A stretch of DNA of 52,503 nt from Promethearchaeota archaeon (lineage in GTDB: Archaea; Asgardarchaeota; Lokiarchaeia; Sigyniarchaeales; SOKP01): positions 1-52,503 of the forward strand of contig JBHLLU010000028.1 in assembly GCA_048938895.1 (NCBI GenBank), written 5' to 3'. The notes below the pieces were generated by a model. The model ran no database searches, was not told the origin of the DNA, and was given only the letters and a program-made list of their open reading frames with translations. How positions within the stretch are numbered: the stretch's first letter is position 1; every line of letters begins with the position of its first letter. The position numbers and the translations under genes were made by a program. Below, piece by piece: positions 47,878 to 52,503 of this stretch.

Positions 47878-49296
47878 ATGAATTCTATCTTTGGTACTTC
47901 AGGTATCAGAAGAATCTTTCAGAATTATTCTGAAAATGAACTTATGTTTACTCCTCAAATGGCTTTAGACGTTGGTTTATCATTAGGAACATATTTGAAA
48001 GGACATGGAACGGTTGTTATAGGAAAAGATATTAGAATGTCAGCTTTGCCTATAGAATATGCCTTGATTTCAGGAATTATCAGTACTGGATGCAATATTC
48101 AAACACTTGGAATAGTAACAACTCCAACTTTAGCTATGTCAACTTCATATCTTAAAGCTGATGCTGCTGTGATGATAACAGCAAGCCATAACACACCAGA
48201 ATATATCGGTTTAAAGTTATGGAATCCCTCAGGAGTAGGCTTTTCACCCGAACAGGAAGAAAATATATCCCAGATATATGATAAAAAAGATTTTCATAAT
48301 ATTGAGTATGATCAAATTGGAAAAATTACTCACATCAATGACATTAACGATATTCATATTACCGCTATTACCAAGAATATCAAATTCAATGGCGATGTTT
48401 TGAATGTTATAGTAGATCCCGGAAATGGTTCTGGTTGTGATATTGTGCCTAAACTCCTTACAAATTATAATGTAAATATTATGACTATTAATGCTCAAAT
48501 GGACGGAAGATTTCCAGGACGCCATTCAGAACCTAATAAAGAAAATCTCATTCAAATTTCGAATTTCCTAAAAAGTTCTACCAAAGAAGATATTGGAATT
48601 GCATTAGATGGAGATGCTGACAGAGTTATATTCCTAGATGAGGAAGGAGAGATTGTAGATCCAATTAGATTGCTTGCATTAATGGCAAAACAATATCTTC
48701 TTGAAAATAACTTGCCAAAAGAGGAACGCAAGATAGTAACCCCTGTAAATTCATCGAGTCTAATTGAGGATGTTTTAGAACCTCTTGGATGTGAAATAAT
48801 TAGAACAGAAGTAGGAGATATTAAAGTTGCGCTAGCACTTCAAAAAAATAACGGATTTTTAGGTGGAGAAACATCAGGAACTTACATTTGGCCAAAATTT
48901 CATTTAGGGCCAGACTCAATTGTAACGATAGCTAGCGTATTGCATATGATAGTTAAAACAGGAAAGGATCTAAAAGAGTTGCTTAAAGAGATTCCTAAAT
49001 ATCCTTATTATGCAGACAAATTTAAATTAAAAAGAGACATACCTTTTTCTGACAGTACATATGAAAAGATAATAACAACTATGGAAGATATCTTCAATAA
49101 GCTAGGAAATAAAATTAATAATATCAATAAATTAGATGGGTGTCGATTTGATTATGATGGGGGATGGGTGCTCATAAGACGCTCTGGAACAAGTCCTTAC
49201 TTGCGGATTTCTGGAGAATCGAATATCGACTTAGAATCTACAATTAAAATGAATAAATTAGTTCAAGAAAATATGAGAAAATTAGATCTAATATAG
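47878..49296 (+). CDS. glmM: Phosphoglucosamine mutase / phosphohexomutase
   Basis: FGTSGIR, ITASHN, DGDADR, GGETSG, RRSGTSP; adjacent to glmS. Confidence 0.85.
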   Translation: MNSIFGTSGIRRIFQNYSENELMFTPQMALDVGLSLGTYLKGHGTVVIGKDIRMSALPIEYALISGIISTGCNIQTLGIVTTPTLAMSTSYLKADAAVMITASHNTPEYIGLKLWNPSGVGFSPEQEENISQIYDKKDFHNIEYDQIGKITHINDINDIHITAITKNIKFNGDVLNVIVDPGNGSGCDIVPKLLTNYNVNIMTINAQMDGRFPGRHSEPNKENLIQISNFLKSSTKEDIGIALDGDADRVIFLDEEGEIVDPIRLLALMAKQYLLENNLPKEERKIVTPVNSSSLIEDVLEPLGCEIIRTEVGDIKVALALQKNNGFLGGETSGTYIWPKFHLGPDSIVTIASVLHMIVKTGKDLKELLKEIPKYPYYADKFKLKRDIPFSDSTYEKIITTMEDIFNKLGNKINNINKLDGCRFDYDGGWVLIRRSGTSPYLRISGESNIDLESTIKMNKLVQENMRKLDLI

Positions 49297-49406
49297 AGTT
49301 GAGAATCCTATTTTTTTAGAATTAAGTCCCCAGATAATTTTATTATTTTTATAATAATTTAATAACTTGCAGTAAAAAATTAGAAATATTAGAATGGTAT
49401 CTTTAT

Positions 49407-51266
49407 ATGTGCGGTATATTTGGGATTGTTACTAATCAAAAGGATGTTAATATAGGTAAAATTGCGTTAGAATCTATTAAACGTTTAGAGTATAGAGGTT
49501 ATGATTCTTGTGGGATTGTAGCTCAGTATAATTCTAAGCTATTTGTAAAAAAAGATGCCGGAAAAATTAAAGATATACACAAAAGGTTGCGTCTAGATGA
49601 ATTTCCATCAGGTTCAAGACTAGCTCTTGCTCATACTCGTTGGGCTACTCACGGTGCTCCAACATTTATAAATAGTCATCCTCACTTAGATTGCACAGAA
49701 AAAATAGCGGTAATCCATAATGGAATACTTGAGAATTTCATAGAATTGCGAGAAGATCTATTATCTAAGGGGCATAAGTTTAATTCTGAAACAGATACAG
49801 AAATTATTTCTCATCTAATAGAAGATGGTATGAAAAGTGGACTTGATTTTAAAAATGCGGTATCAGAAGCAGCATTTAAATGTGAAGGTGCATATGGAAT
49901 AGCAATTTGTCATGCAAATTTTCCTGATACAATAATAGTGGTTAGAAAAGAATCTCCATTAATAATCGGTATTGAAGAGAATAAAACCACCTATTGTGCA
50001 TCAGATATCCCCGCATTTTTACCATATACCCGTAGTTGTTATATTTTAAATGATGATGAAATGGCCATTTTAAAACCTGGAGAAGTTGAGTTTTTCGACC
50101 TTAACAACAATTTAAATTCAATCACAAAAGAAATAACACAAATAGACTGGAATATTGATGCTGCTGAGAAGGGAGGGTATAAACATTTCATGTTAAAAGA
50201 AATTTATGAAGAACCAAGTGCCTTACGTCGTACTTTAAAAATTCCGACAGAAGTTTTAAAGAATTTTGCTCAAATTTTATGTTCAGCAGAACATATTTTC
50301 ATAACAGCAGCGGGAACTTCATTTTATGCTTCTTTAGCCGGAAAATTTATCATTACCAAATTTTTGGAACGTTATATCGATGCTATTGAATGCTCAGAAT
50401 TTCAAGTGCAATTAAAAAATGCATTACCTGAAGGATCAGTAATTATAGTAATATCACAATCGGGAGAAACTATCGATTTAGTCGAAGCCATCAAATGGGC
50501 AAAAGATGAAATGGGGGATAAAATTACTGTACTATGTATAACTAATGTGGTTGGCTCGTCACTTACTAGAATATCCGATCACATATTAGTTACCCAAGCC
50601 GGTCCTGAAATTGGTGTTGCTGCAACAAAAACTTATTGTACACAAGTATTAACTATGGGACTTATTGCACTTGAAATCGCCAGAGTACGAAAAGTACTAC
50701 CAGAAAAAGAAATTAATGAATATAATGATGCCCTTATATCAACACCTGATATTATTGATGAATTATTAGCAAATAATACTAAACTCATAAAGAAAATTGT
50801 TGATAACTTAGATAAAAGTCACAACTTTTTCTTTCTGGCTAGAGGTATATCTATAGCAACTGCAAAAGAAGGGGGATTAAAATTAAAGGAAGTTGCATGC
50901 CGTTTTATTGAGGGCTACTCTGCAGCACATGCGAAACATGGACCAATATCATTAGTGAGAGAAGGATTTCCTATCATATTTATAGCTCCTCCAGATGAAA
51001 CTTATCAACGACTCGTTGGAAACGTAATGGAATTTAAAGCTAGAGGAGGAAAAATTATTTCTGTTGTGGTTGAGGATGATGAAATCATAACAAATTTGAG
51101 TGATATAACTATAAGAATTCCACAACCCTCAGATAAATATCATAGTTTATTTAGTCCAATTACTTTCATTCCCGCTTTACAATTATTATCATATTATGCT
51201 GCACTTAAGCATAACCTTGATCCAGATCAGCCGTTAAATCTCGCAAAGACAGTTACAGTTCATTAA
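49407..51266 (+). CDS. glmS: Glutamine-fructose-6-phosphate transaminase
   Basis: MCGIFG, LEYRGYDS, HTRWATHG, SQSGET, LKLKE, NLAKTVT. Confidence 0.97.
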   Translation: MCGIFGIVTNQKDVNIGKIALESIKRLEYRGYDSCGIVAQYNSKLFVKKDAGKIKDIHKRLRLDEFPSGSRLALAHTRWATHGAPTFINSHPHLDCTEKIAVIHNGILENFIELREDLLSKGHKFNSETDTEIISHLIEDGMKSGLDFKNAVSEAAFKCEGAYGIAICHANFPDTIIVVRKESPLIIGIEENKTTYCASDIPAFLPYTRSCYILNDDEMAILKPGEVEFFDLNNNLNSITKEITQIDWNIDAAEKGGYKHFMLKEIYEEPSALRRTLKIPTEVLKNFAQILCSAEHIFITAAGTSFYASLAGKFIITKFLERYIDAIECSEFQVQLKNALPEGSVIIVISQSGETIDLVEAIKWAKDEMGDKITVLCITNVVGSSLTRISDHILVTQAGPEIGVAATKTYCTQVLTMGLIALEIARVRKVLPEKEINEYNDALISTPDIIDELLANNTKLIKKIVDNLDKSHNFFFLARGISIATAKEGGLKLKEVACRFIEGYSAAHAKHGPISLVREGFPIIFIAPPDETYQRLVGNVMEFKARGGKIISVVVEDDEIITNLSDITIRIPQPSDKYHSLFSPITFIPALQLLSYYAALKHNLDPDQPLNLAKTVTVH

Positions 51267-51276
51267 TGAATGAAAA

Positions 51277-51963
51277 TCACATTAAAAAGCCTTTAAATAC
51301 CAAGATTATCCCAACATCAACTAAAATCAAGGCACATATTTCTAATAAAATGATTCTTAACGTACCTCCAGCCAAATTAATAAAAAGTCCAACAATAGCT
51401 ACGATGATTCCTACAAAAAACCATTGTACTCTTTTTTTTGTGTCTTCTCCTACATTTTTGGTAAGTTTTGCGTATTTATAAACTACAAAAGCAAATAATA
51501 TGATTCTAGTTAAATTCACAAATATAAACCAACCTAAATGAGTTGTAGTATCCACAATACCTTGTGAATACCTTGTCATATCCAATTCAGGTGTAAATTC
51601 AGGGATAAAATATCCAAAACTCATCAAAATAAATATTATCATCATAGTCCCAAGATATCTGAAACTCATGGCAATTTTCTTATACTTCTCTATGATAAAT
51701 ACGGTCATAACTAAGGATACAGGAATAAAATTGAATAAAATATGAGCGGTTATCATAATGGGAATTACAAGGTCAGAATTGAATAAAATCAAATGATAAG
51801 TAGTATAAGCCAAGAATCCAAATGAAGCAGAAATAAAGAAAAGAAAGAACCATCTATTTAATACATTGTCAGGATGCAAACGGAGTTCTATTATCCCAAC
51901 TGTAATTGCGATTATAACCGTAATAACCGCAGCAATAATTTTTAGTATGTTAAGTAGATCCAT
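51277..51963 (-). CDS. Stand-alone ~7-TM protein (HisKA_7TM-like)
   Basis: Seven hydrophobic segments; NVLNRWFFLF after TM1, TKKRVQWF before TM6. Confidence 0.75.
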   Translation of the reverse strand: MDLLNILKIIAAVITVIIAITVGIIELRLHPDNVLNRWFFLFFISASFGFLAYTTYHLILFNSDLVIPIMITAHILFNFIPVSLVMTVFIIEKYKKIAMSFRYLGTMMIIFILMSFGYFIPEFTPELDMTRYSQGIVDTTTHLGWFIFVNLTRIILFAFVVYKYAKLTKNVGEDTKKRVQWFFVGIIVAIVGLFINLAGGTLRIILLEICALILVDVGIILVFKGFLM

Positions 51964-51975
51964 ATTTTTTTCACC

Positions 51976-52503
51976 CTATAATTTACTTTCTTTTCTTATA
52001 TTAAAAATATGTCCTTTCCAGGCATCCAATTCAACATACAATCCAAATTTATATAAATCATCTCCCTTATAAGTATATGATTTCTGGTTTAGTATGTCAA
52101 TAAATTCCCAGTTATGTGGATCAAAATGAAATGGATTTATTTTAATATGAGCCTTGGAAAATTGAGAATTGTAATTGACGACTATTAGACGGTATGTATT
52201 ATTAACCCACCATAAATAAGATATAATGTTAGAATACGAGGAATCATTAGATCCTACTGGTTTGGTTTCACATAATGCCCAACTTCCGTTCCCAAATTCT
52301 CTTCCGGGGATAGATTTTAATAAGTTTTGGTAAAACGTAAAAATTTCCTTATTAGGTTCTTCACGAGGTCTTCTTCCTAACTGAACAGGTATTTTTATTC
52401 GGTTACCATAAATTTGCCCTTCATATACCATTCGTCCCCCAGGTAGGGTCATTGCTATTAACGCTGCTGCTTTTGATTTTTCTTGACCAAACTTTTCAAT
52501 TGC
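51976..52503 (-). CDS. Alpha-amylase (GH13) family protein, 3' part only
   Basis: Frame open to the window end; AAALIAMTLPGGRMVYEGQ...IPVQL, FYQNLL, beta-rich C domain. Confidence 0.78.
   Translation of the reverse strand, partial: AIEKFGQEKSKAAALIAMTLPGGRMVYEGQIYGNRIKIPVQLGRRPREEPNKEIFTFYQNLLKSIPGREFGNGSWALCETKPVGSNDSSYSNIISYLWWVNNTYRLIVVNYNSQFSKAHIKINPFHFDPHNWEFIDILNQKSYTYKGDDLYKFGLYVELDAWKGHIFNIRKESKL

Noticed and set aside
568-52072. Remaining short ORFs overlapping well-supported genes (e.g. 5376, 7557, 23139, 37960, 45238, 51266)
   Set aside because: Nested antisense or out-of-frame, with no motifs or SD
1-52503. Prophage, IS element, defence island, rRNA/tRNA
   Set aside because: No integrase, transposase, capsid, terminal repeats or GC-rich structural RNA seen; the two MTases are unlinked orphans

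Overview
AT-rich, gene-dense archaeal chromosomal segment. TATA-like boxes, GGTGA-type Shine-Dalgarno (SD) motifs, oligo-T terminators, a Loki-CTERM-like sorting tail and several eukaryote-like domain architectures suggest an Asgard archaeon, probably Lokiarchaeia; this taxonomy is inferred. Housekeeping genes: nadE, purC, purS-purQ-purL, glmM, glmS. Metabolic genes include SDR, AKR, Nudix, MBL hydrolase, tandem nitroreductases, HAD and an AGPS-like FAD oxidoreductase/Fe-S/FGGY kinase operon. There are two orphan methyltransferases, a ZIP transporter, PadR-Hsp20 and stomatin-HPS-like operons, and an orphan MCP. I saw no rRNA, tRNA, CRISPR array or transposase. Best candidates for new biology: (1) a tightly coupled two-gene operon (33930-36430) encoding a CBS-pair/4-TM protein and a protein with an RGGGF-repeat/aromatic low-complexity tail, an ectodomain resembling plant APD1-4 E3 ligases and a double zinc ribbon; (2) a steadiness-box (ESCRT-I)-like scaffold; (3) a vWA plus RING-CH-like protein; (4) two genes missed or truncated by the ORF track that appear to start at ATT/ATC codons 7 nt after a GGTG SD. 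All family assignments come from motif recognition by eye; no searches were run.
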